A DNA stretch of 64,000 bases from Thecamonas trahens ATCC 50062 (lineage: Eukaryota > Protista > Apusomonadida). This document shows positions 11,701 through 23,510 of this stretch, in pieces (position 1 is the stretch's first letter; every line of letters starts with the position of its first letter). The position numbers and the translations under genes are program-made. The notes below the pieces were generated by a model. That model was not told the DNA's origin, searched no databases, and saw only the letters and a program-made list of their open reading frames with translations. The stretch is from contig NW_013657626.1 of assembly GCF_000142905.1 (NCBI RefSeq), positions 1 through 64,000 on the forward strand, given 5' to 3'.

Positions 11701-13923
11701 ACGACGGCTTCGTTGCCTTTGAGTACTGCCAACAGCAGCGGCGTGTGCGCCGTCGCCTTGGGTGACTTGGTCTCTGGCGACGCGCCGTACTGCAGCAGCA
11801 GTCGTACAATGTCCACGTTGCCGCCCTCGGTCGCAATCATCAGCGGCGTCTCGTCTTCGTGCTTGGGCGACCGCCCGTTCACCTGTACGCCTTGCTCAAG
11901 CACCTGCTTGACGCCAGTCGGGTCATCGTTGAGAATGGCTGCGATGAGCGAGTCGCGCAGGATGCGGATGGCCCGCACCACCGGATCTTCTGCCGGCTCC
12001 GGCGGTGTGGCCGGACTCGGTGCGGTGGGAGTCGGCGTGGCAGGAACCGGCGTGCCAGGTGTCGGCTGCTTAGTCTTCGGCGTAGCCGTAGCTTCCGTTC
12101 CAGCCGTAGATGCAGCGGCGGGCGCAGGGGCGGGTGCAGGTGCCGGTGGTGTGTACGTTGCAGCAGTGAGGCGTGCGGCTTCGGCATCCAGGTCGAGGTT
12201 GTCGCCGCCAAACAGCTTTGTGTAGTTCTGCTCAAACACCTTGCTCTGCTCAATGCGTGGGTCGACGTGAGCCTGTTCTTGGGGGCGGGCGCCGGTGCCG
12301 GCCTGTATGAGGTGGGCGTGCGCCATACGGTCGGTAACCTCGTCGAGCGAGGCTACAGCTTCGGTGTAGGTGACTGTGTTGACGAGCACTTCGCCGGCAG
12401 GCCCAGTTCCTGCTGCTGCTTCGACAGCAGGAGCAGAAGCAGAAGCAGGCTTGGGCGCCAGGCCGGGCTCGGAGCAAGACGCCGATCCAGAATCTGATGA
12501 AGAGGTCTCTTGCAGCTTGCCCTTCTTCTTCTTCTTGTCCTTCTTCTTGTCCTTCTTCTTCTTGGCCTTGTCCTTTTTGGCTTTGGCCTTGGCCTTGGCC
12601 TTGGCTTTGGCTTTGGCCTTAGCCTTGGCCTTGGCCTTGGCATTTGAGGATGCGCCTGAGCTGCTGTCGGCGCTCGACGAGTCGGGAGCGCCGGCGATGA
12701 GCGCGTCGCTGCCAGCGGCGTCCAGAGAGTCTGCGCCAGCAGCGGTGTCAGCCACGTTGGCGGAGGCGTCGTGCTCGTCGCCCTCAAAGACGATGTTGAA
12801 GCGGGCGGACGAGTCGCGACCACGGTGCTTGCGGCCACGGCGGTGCCTGCGAGAGGCGTCTGTGGCCGGAGCACCGCCGCGGTCGCGGACGCGCTTGGAG
12901 CCCGACTGGCCGCGCTTGGCCTTTTCGACGCCGGTGGTGAGGCGGACCGGGAGCGGAGTGCCTGTGCCCAGGGCGCCGATGAGCTTGCCATGGTAGCCCA
13001 TGATCTTGCGGATGTCCTTGATCGAGAGCACGTCGGCGCCCATGGCCTTGAGCTTTGCCTCGGTGAGCTGCATCAGTGCAAGCCCGTCGAGGCCGTGCGA
13101 GCGGAAAAAAGCGACGTACTTGGAGAGGCCCGCAGCACGCATCCAGGCGGCAGTCTCATCGACAGACCAGGCGCCAACCTCCTCAGGCTCGAGAACCACG
13201 CCCTCACCCGGTGCGGCCTTGGCGCCGACTGACGGGTCGACAAGACCCATGGCCTTGCCCAGCGCCAGCACCCAGGCGTCGCGATCGGCCTCGGACGGTG
13301 CTGAGAAGACGAGCGCACCGTCCGAACCGTCGCCCTTGGCCAGCCGCAGCGCATATGGCGCGCCCTTCATCGAGCCGCCGGCCACCGAGGCGTAGAGCGC
13401 AAGCTTGAGCGCCTTGGGCGGTGGAGCGTCCAGGTCGCTCCCAGGCATGGCCGCGTGCTCGTACATCACACCCGCGCCCGGATCGAGCGTGTAGTAGCGG
13501 CTCTTCCACTTTCGCCGCATTCCCGACTGTCGCGCCAGCTCGCCCGAGCCGACGGCGTCTGAGCCCATCACAAGCGTATCGCAGTTGTGGCGAGGGTCAA
13601 CCCACGTCCGACCGACCATGCATAGCCGTCCGACCATACCGGGTGTGTATGCCCGACCAGCCAGCCAGTCGCCCACACAGCCAGTCGCCCACACAGCCAG
13701 TCGCCAGCCAGTCAGCCAGCCAGCCACACAGTCAGCCAGCCAGCCAGCCAGCACCGAGGTCACGCACGCCGACCACCAACAAGCACATGCGCAAGAGTGA
13801 GTGACACCCACACCCGACCCCGAGCTACCCACACATACACACACACACACACACACACAAGACATGACAGATGGTGAAGGAGAGAAAGGGGGGGGGGGGG
13901 GGGGGCGTACCTCCGTACTGCAT
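8724..13923 (-). CDS. PH-SAM-ankyrin repeat protein with Lys/Ser/Arg-rich low-complexity tracts; exons 13923-13911 and 13558-8724
   Basis: 13-nt first exon ATG CAG TAC GGA G, then GTACGC intron to CTCAG, gives in-frame MQYGDAVGSG. PH (KWKSRYYTL...DRDAWVLAL), SAM (WSVDETAAWMRAAGLSKYVAFFRSHGLDGLAL), many TPLH/TPLM ankyrin repeats. Confidence 0.85.
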
Positions 13924-14152
13924 GGTCAACAGAGAACCCGAGGGGGGTGAGAGACGAGTATGGTGCCACAGCTAGAGCGAGTAGCCGACACGGGCACACG
14001 ACCGACGACCGACAACCGACGACCGACGGATCCGCGACTACTGCTGGCACTGGTCGACGCTATTCGCTGTCCACCACTCTATCGCTACCTTTTGCTGTAA
14101 CGTTACATTGCGATGCATCCATCCTGTCTGCGTGTGGAATGATGGTGGGAGG

Positions 14153-16042
14153 CTAGGTCTCGTGCTGCTGCACGCCATGGATCCAACGCGGGAAGAGATG
14201 CCGTGAGGAGGACTGTGGGAGGGTAGCCGGTCGCTCGAGTTGGGCCCGGAGTGTGGCAATGTCTTCGGCGGCGAGCTTCTCGATGACGTGGCCAAAGGCT
14301 TGGGCAAGATTGAGCATGGTGTCAAGGTTGACGTTGTCGAGGGTATCACACGACTTGTGGTAGCAGGTATCGGCTTGGACGCCGACCGATGACCCGAACT
14401 GGGCGCGCAGCTCGTCATCGATGATCTCGTCCGATCCGGTGTCGCCGCCGCCGGCTGGGATGCCGCGCTCGAGGAACGGGCCGTAGTCGGAGCGGCCGGT
14501 GAACGGCGAGAGGTGGTATGCGAGGCGACGCGAGTCAAAGAACTCGACGAACTGGGCCTGGATGTAGCTCGACGGCCGGCCCGTCTCCTGGTTGTCGGCC
14601 GACGCTGCGTCGTAGACGCCGAGGAACCCGTTGAGCGAGCCGGCCATGTCGCAGTTGGCGTTGAACGAGATGCGCGCGGCGTCAGCGTCCGAGAGCGATT
14701 CCACGTACGCCCTCGAGCCTCGAAGACCGAGCTCCTCGCCGCCCCACCATGCGAAGCGGATCTTAGACTGCGCACCCGACGCCGGCGGCCCGCGCCGTGA
14801 TACCGCCCGCGCCAGCTCGAGGTTGAGCGAGGTGCCCGAGCCGTTGTCGTTGATGCCGGGCCCAGCCTCGACCGAGTCGAGATGCGAGCCAACGACAATA
14901 ATCGATTCGTCGGAGCCCCACACCGTGTCGGCCATCACGTTAGCGGTGTATATTGTGACCGGCTCCATGGCAATCGAGAGATCCATGCTCAGCGCGTCTG
15001 GCGACGACTCGGTCAAGGCCGCAATCATCTCGCCGGGTGCGTTGGCAATGGCGACGACAGGTACGCCGACCGGCCCGCCAAGCGTCCCGCCAAACACGCC
15101 CATCCGCCCAGCACTGTCGCCTTGGTTGTACACCACCACCGCGGCCGCGCCGTTGGCCTTGGCAGCCTCGGCCTTGTTACGGAACGCACATTCGCCGCGC
15201 CGCACCAGCGCCACCACATCACGCCCGCCCGCGCTGTCAGACATGCCTGTGTACGCGTCCGCAGTGCAGCCAAAGCCATCGCCTGGCACTGCCCACACCT
15301 TGCCGTCGACAATCTGTCCATTGGCCGAGTACGTCATGACCGAGTACTCCTCGGACTCGGCAAAGGTGAGGATGTCCTTGCCCGACGCGTGCGCCCACAG
15401 CGCCATCCGGCCTGGTCCGGACTTTCGGTACGAGTCAATGGTGAACGGCTGGACAACAACGTTGTTGAGGCCAGGCAGCTGCTCCAGCTCCGACTTGATC
15501 CAGGTGAGCGAGGCGTTGTACCCGGCCGTGCCTGCCGCCCGATTCCCGCCGTTTGCCACCGCAATGTCCATCAGCTTGCGCAAGCTGCTCTCCAGCGCAC
15601 TCGCTCTCATTTCGCCCGCCCATCCATCCAATGGCGGCAGCGATGACGAGGAGCCCTGTGCCGGCGTGCTTGTGGCCGGCGAGCGCCTGCAGGTAGAGAG
15701 GGCAAAGACTAGGGCAAGGACAAGGACAGCAACAACGAGGACGAGAACGCAGAGCGAGACGCGATACACCAGATGTCGCCGCAAGAACCGCGCCATGCCC
15801 GGCGGTGTGTGTCCGGTCTTAAAGGTCGACACGCCCGTGAGGAGCCCAGCATCCGCCGCATTGCCATCACCAGCTCCTCCTTCTCCTCCTGGCAGACCTG
15901 AGCCAACACGCCGTCGCCTGTGTCGCCGAGCCCTACCGACTCCGCCATGAGCCTCCTCTCCCGAACCGACTGACCCACCCATGCTCCCCATACTGCCCTC
16001 GTCAGAACTCATGTACTCTCTCTGCTCTTCGTCGTATGACAT
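14153..16042 (-). CDS. M28 aminopeptidase with PA domain, type II membrane-anchored
   Basis: SHLDSV, GINDNGSG, WGGEELGLRGS, NCDM, GRSDYGPF, CYHKSCD metal ligands. PA insert (VALVRRGECAFRNKA). N-terminal TM (VSLCVLVLVVAVLVLALVFAL). Confidence 0.92.
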   Translation of the reverse strand: MSYDEEQREYMSSDEGSMGSMGGSVGSGEEAHGGVGRARRHRRRRVGSGLPGGEGGAGDGNAADAGLLTGVSTFKTGHTPPGMARFLRRHLVYRVSLCVLVLVVAVLVLALVFALSTCRRSPATSTPAQGSSSSLPPLDGWAGEMRASALESSLRKLMDIAVANGGNRAAGTAGYNASLTWIKSELEQLPGLNNVVVQPFTIDSYRKSGPGRMALWAHASGKDILTFAESEEYSVMTYSANGQIVDGKVWAVPGDGFGCTADAYTGMSDSAGGRDVVALVRRGECAFRNKAEAAKANGAAAVVVYNQGDSAGRMGVFGGTLGGPVGVPVVAIANAPGEMIAALTESSPDALSMDLSIAMEPVTIYTANVMADTVWGSDESIIVVGSHLDSVEAGPGINDNGSGTSLNLELARAVSRRGPPASGAQSKIRFAWWGGEELGLRGSRAYVESLSDADAARISFNANCDMAGSLNGFLGVYDAASADNQETGRPSSYIQAQFVEFFDSRRLAYHLSPFTGRSDYGPFLERGIPAGGGDTGSDEIIDDELRAQFGSSVGVQADTCYHKSCDTLDNVNLDTMLNLAQAFGHVIEKLAAEDIATLRAQLERPATLPQSSSRHLFPRWIHGVQQHET

Positions 16043-16977
16043 GCTGCAGCAGAGTCAGCGTCACGTGTCCGTCGTCGACGAACGGTTGTCCGCCAATCGA
16101 TTTGGCCCATGCCTTCAATTCAATGGTCCAGGCAATGTTCAAACGTTGTTCGGGGGGAAGGGGGGGGGGGGGGGGGGTGAAGGACGACCGAGAGATCTCA
16201 TGAAGGCCGATTTGACGCAAACTTACTCATGATACTCTCATCCTGCCCAGAATGCGCCTGGATTGGGGGCTTGTTGCTTGGGATCGGTAGAAGAGAGCGA
16301 TGAAAAAGCTCGAAAAACCAATGATCACATGTCGCACAAGATTTACTCAAGCTCTTGATCTCGACGACGTCACAACAACAACATCACCCCAAGTCCAAGC
16401 GCTTCACGCGTATGACGAGGCTCACGAATATGTTTGCGCCCAGTCGGGCCCAGAAAGTCCCTTCCTACGGTCGGGGGGCTTTGTTCGACGTTCGGCTGGC
16501 TGTGGACTCTCTACTCCACACCATTAAACATACACACAACAACAACAACGTCACGCTACTCGTGATCGCCGACCTGCATACGCCCCACGATCATTTTCCC
16601 CACTGCTCAATCGCATATCCCCCCCCCCCCCAATCGCCACAAAGTTGACCTTGATCCACGCCAAGAGCAAGGAGTTGCGGTCGTATGGGCGAGTGCTCGG
16701 ATCAAAGCCACAGACCACCACCACCACCACCACCACAACCAACTCAACATGTTCAAGTTCATCGAGATGACCAGCACCGCTCACAATACGAGCTACTACA
16801 CCCATTAGAACACTTGCGCAGTAATGATCTCCCCCCCCCCCTCCCCCTCCCCCTGAGTCCGAGTCGAGCTGCGGCTGGCGGGGCGGAGCGGGCGAAATGC
16901 AGCAGGGACAGCGGGCGGTGCGGGGCACCTGACTCGCACCTTTAGCACAGGGGCGTGCGGGAGGGATAGGGAGGAAC

Positions 16978-19185
16978 ATGCTCCGAGCATGTGGCCAGAG
17001 AACACTACAGAGAGTGGCACACCATGTTGGGAGGATGACGACCGAGACATGGATGAGAGGAGGACAGAGTCGCGGGATTCGCTCAGGTGGAGCGGCGAAG
17101 AGGCAACAAGTGCGGGCACTTGCGCGAGCTTTTCTTTTTTCAACCAACACGAGAGATCACGGCAATCAACAGAGTTCATCCTCTCGCTCTCGTCGGCGCT
17201 CTGATCTGGGGCTATATGACAACTGCGCGCAGTGTGGACCACATGCCTCATCGTCTCGAATGATGCTACATGCGACGGCTGTACAGAGCGGTGGCGACGA
17301 TGACGAGAAGCGACGCGATGGTGGTGGCGGCGGCGGCCACGGTGGCATGACGGCACAGGAGCGAGAGGATGCCGAGGCGGCGGCGGCCGAGGCAGAGGAT
17401 GAGGCCGACAAGGCTGCGTATCGGGCCGAGGTGCTGGATCCTCCGACGAACGCAGGCTTTCTGCACATCTCGCGCTCGCTGGCGCCCAAGGAGTTTGCGC
17501 GATGGAAGGCAGTCGTGCCGCTCTCTGTGGCGCAGGCCTGCATCGGCTCTGTCTATGCGTGGTCGATCTTTAACGAGCCGCTGACGCGAGTGATGGGCGG
17601 GGTGGCGTCTGCCGCGTCAGACTGGGACCTCTCCGAGGTGATTCCCATCTTTTCGGCGTCGGCAATCTCGCTTGGGCTGACCACCTTTGTGCTCGGGGCG
17701 TGGGTTGACCGCGTTGGGCCTCGCAAGGTGGTTGCGACGGCGGCGAGCCTCTGGGGCTCGGGCTTGCTGCTCTCGGCCGCCGGCGTGGCGACGCACACGC
17801 TTCCGCTAGTCTACGCCGGCTATGGCGTGCTCGGTGGGGCCGGGTGGGGCCTGGGCTACATCGCGCCGGTCCACGCGCTCATGAAGTGGTTCCCGGAGCG
17901 GCGCGGGCTAGCGACCGGCCTTGCGCTGACCACCTTTGGCGGCGGAGCCATCATTGCGTCGCCGCTCAACGAGGTGCTCCTCGAAGCCTTCTTTACGCTC
18001 CCCACGTACCTGGGCGCGTTCGACACTGTCGAGACGGTGGTGGCGTCGGGCGTGCGGATGGCCGACGTGGGTGGCGCGCTGCAGGAGGTGGTGGTTGCGT
18101 CGGAGCACGACGTGGCGGCGCTGCCGGGCGCACCGCTTCCAGGTGTGTATCAGGTCGGGACCGGCTCGTCGGGTGTGGCCGAGACGTTTGCGGTTCTCGG
18201 CGTGGGGCAGCTGGCGGTCATGCTCTCGGGCGCGCTCATGGCGCGTGTTCCGCACCCTGACTGGAAGCCGCCGCGACTGAGCAAGCGGGCACGGGCGGCG
18301 GCGGCGGCGGCCGAGGCCGACGATGACGACGACGCGTCGAGCGTGGTACAGCCTTCGATTGACGCCGACAAGGCGCTCCGCACACCGCAGTTCTACCTGT
18401 TCTGGACAGCAGTGTTTGGCAACGCTGTGGCGGGCGTCTCGGTCATCTCGTCGGCCAAGACGGTGATGACCGACTGCTTCTCGACTGCACTGCCGAGCGT
18501 GGTCCACGGCGGGTTTGCGGCGACGTATGTGGCGGCGCTATCGGCAGGCAACATGGCCGGGCGACTGGGATGGGCGACAGCGTCGGACGGGCTTGGCCGC
18601 AAGGCGACGTACGCGTTGTTTGGCGTGGGCATCCCGATGACGGTCGCCATTCCGCACCTCACTTCGTGGGCCATGACCGAGCACACGCTGGCGCCTCTGG
18701 CTCTCTTCTACGCCTCGACAGTGCTGATTGTCTCGTTCTACGGTGGCGTGTTCTCAGTCCTTCCTGCGTACCTCTCCGAGGTCTTTGGCCCGCGAAACAC
18801 TGGCGCCATCCACGGACGCATGATCACGGCGTGGGCGTCGGCGGCAGTGGCCGGCCCGGCGATCCTCTCGCACCTGCGCTCATCGGCGTACGACCGTGCA
18901 GTCACCGATCTCACCGCCCAGGCCGATCCGGCCACGTTTGAGGCTGCATTCGGCGCGCCCAAGTCTGCGCTCCCGGAGCTCATCGATGCCAAGACCGTGA
19001 CCGTCTCCAAGCTCCTGGACATTCTTCCAGAATCCACGCCCGATCCAACGCCTGCGCTGTACAACGATACCTTTTACGTCATGGGCGGCTTTATGACCGT
19101 CGCTTTCCTCTGCAACGCCCTCATCCATGCCGTCCGCAAGCCACGCCGTCGCCGCCGCCGTCCCGCCTCACAAGGCCGTACTTGA
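16978..19185 (+). CDS. MFS transporter, oxalate/formate antiporter (OFA/YhjX-like) family
   Basis: CIGSVYAWSIFNEPL, DRVGPR, GYGVLGGAGWGLGYIAPV..LMKWFPERRGLATGL..FGGG, ALRTPQFY, GAIHGRMITAWASA; about 12 TMs. Confidence 0.9.
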   Translation: MLRACGQRTLQRVAHHVGRMTTETWMRGGQSRGIRSGGAAKRQQVRALARAFLFSTNTRDHGNQQSSSSRSRRRSDLGLYDNCAQCGPHASSSRMMLHATAVQSGGDDDEKRRDGGGGGGHGGMTAQEREDAEAAAAEAEDEADKAAYRAEVLDPPTNAGFLHISRSLAPKEFARWKAVVPLSVAQACIGSVYAWSIFNEPLTRVMGGVASAASDWDLSEVIPIFSASAISLGLTTFVLGAWVDRVGPRKVVATAASLWGSGLLLSAAGVATHTLPLVYAGYGVLGGAGWGLGYIAPVHALMKWFPERRGLATGLALTTFGGGAIIASPLNEVLLEAFFTLPTYLGAFDTVETVVASGVRMADVGGALQEVVVASEHDVAALPGAPLPGVYQVGTGSSGVAETFAVLGVGQLAVMLSGALMARVPHPDWKPPRLSKRARAAAAAAEADDDDDASSVVQPSIDADKALRTPQFYLFWTAVFGNAVAGVSVISSAKTVMTDCFSTALPSVVHGGFAATYVAALSAGNMAGRLGWATASDGLGRKATYALFGVGIPMTVAIPHLTSWAMTEHTLAPLALFYASTVLIVSFYGGVFSVLPAYLSEVFGPRNTGAIHGRMITAWASAAVAGPAILSHLRSSAYDRAVTDLTAQADPATFEAAFGAPKSALPELIDAKTVTVSKLLDILPESTPDPTPALYNDTFYVMGGFMTVAFLCNALIHAVRKPRRRRRRPASQGRT

Positions 19186-19384
19186 CGCCCCCTTCTCGAT
19201 CTCCAAGCCTATGACCATGAACAACTCCTACCCCAGCATCATTCCGTTCCATTAACAAGACTGTACCCCTCCTCCTGCGCACGTTTGCGCATCGCGCCGC
19301 TGTCCTCTTCCATCATTGCGACTCGAGCCGGAGCGCCAGCGCCCGCCAGCGCCAGCGCCAGCGCCAGCACCACCGCACTCGACC

Positions 19385-21382
19385 ATGCTTCGCCAGCTCA
19401 TCCGCCACGCGCAGCGCAAGGCGGTAGACGCAGTCCTCGGCCGTACGACACATACCATCCTACCCCCCCCCTCCTAGACCCCCCCCCATCCTCTTTAACC
19501 ATACCCATACCCATACCCATACCCACCACCATGCCCATGACCTGCTGCCTGCTGCCCCCCCCCCCTCCTCTCTCCCCATCCCCCCCTACCACTGCCACTA
19601 CCCCTGGCCTACGTCTACCCCAACACTATACCCATACCCATACCCATACTCATACTCATACCCATGGCCATACCTATACCCTCCCCCTTGTGTACACATA
19701 CAGCTGACCGTAATGGCAAGTCGTCTGCGGCCAAGTTCTTCTTCGACCCAAGAGTGTGCAAGTGGCACCTCTTGGGACTCTGTCCCCATGATGCGCTGCG
19801 GAATACGGTACGGAGAGGGAGAGAGGGGAGGGGGGGGGGGGGGGGAGGGGGAGGGGGGGGGGTATCGATTATCGTTCGATTATTGTGGATTGTCTTTGAT
19901 CTTGGTGGAGAGTGAGGAGAGAGGGAGACGGGGAAGGTCATCGATCGTGTCCATGGGGGCATCGATGATCGTGACTATGGATGCATTCATCGTCATCATG
20001 GAGGCATCGATCGTGTCCATGGGGCATCCATCGTCACCATGGGGCATCCATCGTCACCATGGGGCATCCATCGTCCCCATGGGGCATACATCGTCACAGA
20101 GTCATCATCGGCTACTGATGTCTCTCCCCCTCCCCCCCTTCCCTACCATCAGCCACTATCGCAGATATCAACACACTCACTCACTCCACTCCATCCCACC
20201 CAGAAACGCGATCTCGGCGAGTGCCCCAAAACCCACTCGGATGTGCTCAAGCGCGAATATGAAAAGTCTGTGGCAAACGGCGAGCGATGGGGCTACGAGT
20301 TTGAGCACATGCGGCTGCTGCGATCGCTGGTCCGCCAGTGCGACGGACGCATCCACGCCGCCAAGGAGCGCATGACCCAGGAGGAGGCTGCCGCTGTAGT
20401 TGACGTCCCGGTCCACCCGGAGGCCGCCAAGCTTCACACCGAAATCAGCGAGATGGTGGCCAAGGCGGCGCAGCTCGGCTCCGAGGGCAAGGTCACTGAG
20501 TCGCGGGCCGTCCTCAGTGCCATCAACGAGAAGAAGAACGAGTTGGCCATTCTGGAGACGCTTGCCGAGAAGGAAGCGCTCGTCTCGCGTCCGACCGGCG
20601 CCGGCATGGTCTTCCATCGCCAGCAGCTGCGGGTGTGCGAGGTGTGCGCGGGTCTGCTCTCGCTCACCGACTCGGACGTCCGCCTCGCCGCTCACTTTAA
20701 GGGCCGCATGCACTTTTCGCTCCTCACCATGCGCGAAATGCTCAAAGACTACGAGGCCAACCCGCCGCCCGTCGTCTACGAGCGCGACTACGATGCCGAC
20801 GGCCAGCGCCGCGTCAACGAGGCTCTCGGCATCACTCGCGCCGACCGCTCCGATCTCGACGAGTTTGGCCGCGACATTGTGCGCAAGTCGTGGGCCGGCG
20901 CCCACGCCCGCCACAACCCCGCTCTCCTGCCTCCCTCTGCTAAGCGGGAGCGGAGCCCGGGCGCCGAGCCGAGCTCGGCACAACCCGCCGAGCACCCCGC
21001 CAAGCGCACAAAGACCCTCGACGGCTCGCCCAAAGCCAGTGATGCGCCCAAGAGTGGCAAGGCCAAGTCGCGGTCCAAGGCCAAGTCCAAGGCCAAGTCC
21101 AAGGGCAGGTCCAAGGCCAAGTCCAAGGGCAGGTCCAAGGCCAAGTCGCGGTCCGACAAGGGCAAGGGCTCGTACTCGTACTACTCGCCATCGTACTCGT
21201 ACTCGTACTCGTACTCTGAGTACTACTCGTACTCGGATGATCCCCCACGCGGTGCCGCCCGCCTCGGCCGCCGCCGCCCTTCGGCGTCGTCGTCCGCCCG
21301 CTCCTCGCGCGGCCGGTCGTCGTCGTCGCGCGCCGCCGGCTCGTCCGCCCGCTCCCGCCGCCCGTCGTCGCGTCGTCGTTAA
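19385..21382 (+). CDS. LUC7: U1 snRNP-associated splicing factor LUC7; exons 19385-19442, 19704-19807, 20204-21382
   Basis: Spliced frame gives AQRKAVDAVLGPDRNG, ZnF1 VCKWHLLGLCPHD..NTKRDLGECPKTH, ZnF2 CEVCAGLLS..RLAAHFKGRMH and an RS-rich tail. Donors GTACGA and GTACGG. Confidence 0.92.
19940..20095. repeat. Intronic ~20-bp repeat (CATCGTCACCATGGGGCATC) in LUC7 intron 2
   Basis: About 6 degenerate tandem copies. Confidence 0.85.
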
Positions 21383-21409
21383 AGCCATGGTCCTCGCCGC
21401 CGGCCTCAT

Positions 21410-22993
21410 TTACCTGCTTCGACTGCCACTTGTCGCCGTTCCGGTGCTCTCGTCCCAACTCGAGCTGGTCTCGCTCCCGCTCCTGCTCCGAGAGCCCACC
21501 TCATTCACCTCGTCGCCGCCGTCGGCAGCGCGGATCTCGTCCCGGACGCGCGGATACACCGAGTACGCCACAAAGTAGAGTACAAACTGCAGCGACCAGC
21601 ACGAGAGAAAGACCACCAAGCAGGCCTTGGAGAGCGCGTCGCGGTTGTGGATCTTGTCCTCGCGCGGCACGTCGTCGAGCTCGCCGGTCCGCTCGCGGTA
21701 GCCAAACCAGCCCTCAGCAATGGCGCCCACAAGAAGCGAGCCCGTCGACGAGACCGTGCCCTGCACTAGACCCTGCAGCGCGTACGCCAGCCCGCGCAGC
21801 GCCTTGGGAACGACCTCGGCCGAGTTGGGCAAGTCCGACGCAAAGGCCGGGATCGAGAGCAGCAGGCCAATGAAGAACATGACAAGCGCAATGAGCGCGT
21901 ACGAGGTCTTTGGCACCACCACCAGGAGAACCACAAGAAGACCCATGTTACACAGCACGGCAAGCTGTGCCACCATCAGCCGCCCGCGGTTGGGCAGCCG
22001 CCGCGAGACCACATCGCCCACCCACCCGCCCACCCCGGAGCCCACAATGCTCCCAATCGCCGCAAGCGTGTACGCCACTCCCGCCCCGAGCTCCGACAGG
22101 CCCGAGTACTGGAACCAGAGGACCATGAACGAGAGCGCAGAGACAGGCAGCGCCTGCGCCGTCAGCAGTGCCATGAACAGATTGAAGCCTCGGTTGCGAA
22201 GAATCGGAATCGAGTTGGCCACAAGGTCCGCCAGTCCGGCACGCACCCCGCCTTTGCCCGTCCTGCCTGCGCCTGCGGCCTCGCCCTCGCCCTCCTCGCC
22301 CTCCTCAGCCTGCTCCTCCTCGCTGGCAGAGAGGCGAGCTTCGATGCCGGCAGCCGAGGGCACCACGCTCGCGTACTCTGGTGCCACTGCGTACGCCAGC
22401 GCGTCCGAGAACTCCTTGCTCCCGCGCGGCGGATCCTGCGCGAGCCAGCGGACAATCAGCACCGTCGGGATTTGCAAGAGGCCGAGGAGCAGGTGCGCGA
22501 GACGCCAGCCGTCGACGCCACCGACCGGGTTCTGGAACGCAGTAGCAACGGCAACGCCGAGGACGGCGGCGCAGATGATAGCGATGCCGAGACTGCCCAT
22601 GGCCTTGCCTCGCTCGTCTGGAATGTACAAGTCTGGCACGAGCGAGAGAGCCACCGACTTGAGCGCAGACCAGCCGATGGCTGCCGAGGCATAGACGATG
22701 AGAAACATGGCGTAGTTTGCCGATGCGGCGAGGATCATGGTCGGCAGAGCGCCTCCGAGTGAAGCCCAGATCCACAAGCGAATTCTTGGACTTTCATCTG
22801 CTGCCCAACCCCAGACGACGCCGGCAACAGCGTTGACCATCCGATTACACATGACAATGAGTCCCAACTTTGTCGGCCCTGCATTCAGATCCGTTTCGAG
22901 GACCACAAAGAAGAACGATAACAACGATGAGGTGGCGTAGGTGGTGAGCATGGAGATGGCAATGGCCATCATGGTCCGTCCTGCCGCCTTCAT
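21410..22993 (-). CDS. MFS transporter (spinster-like, substrate unknown)
   Basis: MFS motif A (GWAADESPR; GWVGDVVSRR), DLYIPDERGKAMG, about 12 hydrophobic segments. Confidence 0.85.
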   Translation of the reverse strand: MKAAGRTMMAIAISMLTTYATSSLLSFFFVVLETDLNAGPTKLGLIVMCNRMVNAVAGVVWGWAADESPRIRLWIWASLGGALPTMILAASANYAMFLIVYASAAIGWSALKSVALSLVPDLYIPDERGKAMGSLGIAIICAAVLGVAVATAFQNPVGGVDGWRLAHLLLGLLQIPTVLIVRWLAQDPPRGSKEFSDALAYAVAPEYASVVPSAAGIEARLSASEEEQAEEGEEGEGEAAGAGRTGKGGVRAGLADLVANSIPILRNRGFNLFMALLTAQALPVSALSFMVLWFQYSGLSELGAGVAYTLAAIGSIVGSGVGGWVGDVVSRRLPNRGRLMVAQLAVLCNMGLLVVLLVVVPKTSYALIALVMFFIGLLLSIPAFASDLPNSAEVVPKALRGLAYALQGLVQGTVSSTGSLLVGAIAEGWFGYRERTGELDDVPREDKIHNRDALSKACLVVFLSCWSLQFVLYFVAYSVYPRVRDEIRAADGGDEVNEVGSRSRSGSETSSSWDESTGTATSGSRSR

Positions 22994-23198
22994 CCTCCTT
23001 CCACTCTCTCTACAAACACCGTCACAATCACAGTGTCTCTCCTACACAACGTCTCACACACCCGTTATGACAAGTGGTGCTTCAGCACAACCCCCCCCAC
23101 AATCCTATCCCCATCCCCTCCCTCTCCTCCCCCCCCCCTTCACGCTCACGTCACCCCCATGTCTGATCGATCACCCCCCACCCCCCACCCCCCTCCGA

Positions 23199-23251
<53 letters not shown>

Positions 23252-23346
23252 AACACACACACACGCGCACGCACACTCCCCTCCCCCCCCCCCCCCCTCC
23301 CCCCTCCCCCCATCAAATCCTTATCCTTTCCCTTATCGTTTTCTGT

Positions 23347-23446
23347 NNNNNNNNNNNNNNNNNNNNNNNNNNNNNNNNNNNNNNNNNNNNNNNNNNNNNN
23401 NNNNNNNNNNNNNNNNNNNNNNNNNNNNNNNNNNNNNNNNNNNNNN
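23347..23446. other. Assembly gap (100 N)
   Basis: Run of N flanked by poly-C/CA microsatellite. Confidence 0.99.
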
Positions 23447-23510
23447 CCCCCCACCCCCCCCACACACACACACACACCCCATGACATAGACATACTCACT
23501 TGTAATGGTA

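Noticed and set aside
13559-13910. N-terminal MSCVCVC... extension of the 1713-aa ORF
   Set aside because: It is intron sequence (GTACGC...CAG) with CA and CAGC microsatellites.
16200-16970. Short ORFs between the aminopeptidase and the MFS
   Set aside because: No homology cues; likely a divergent promoter/UTR region.
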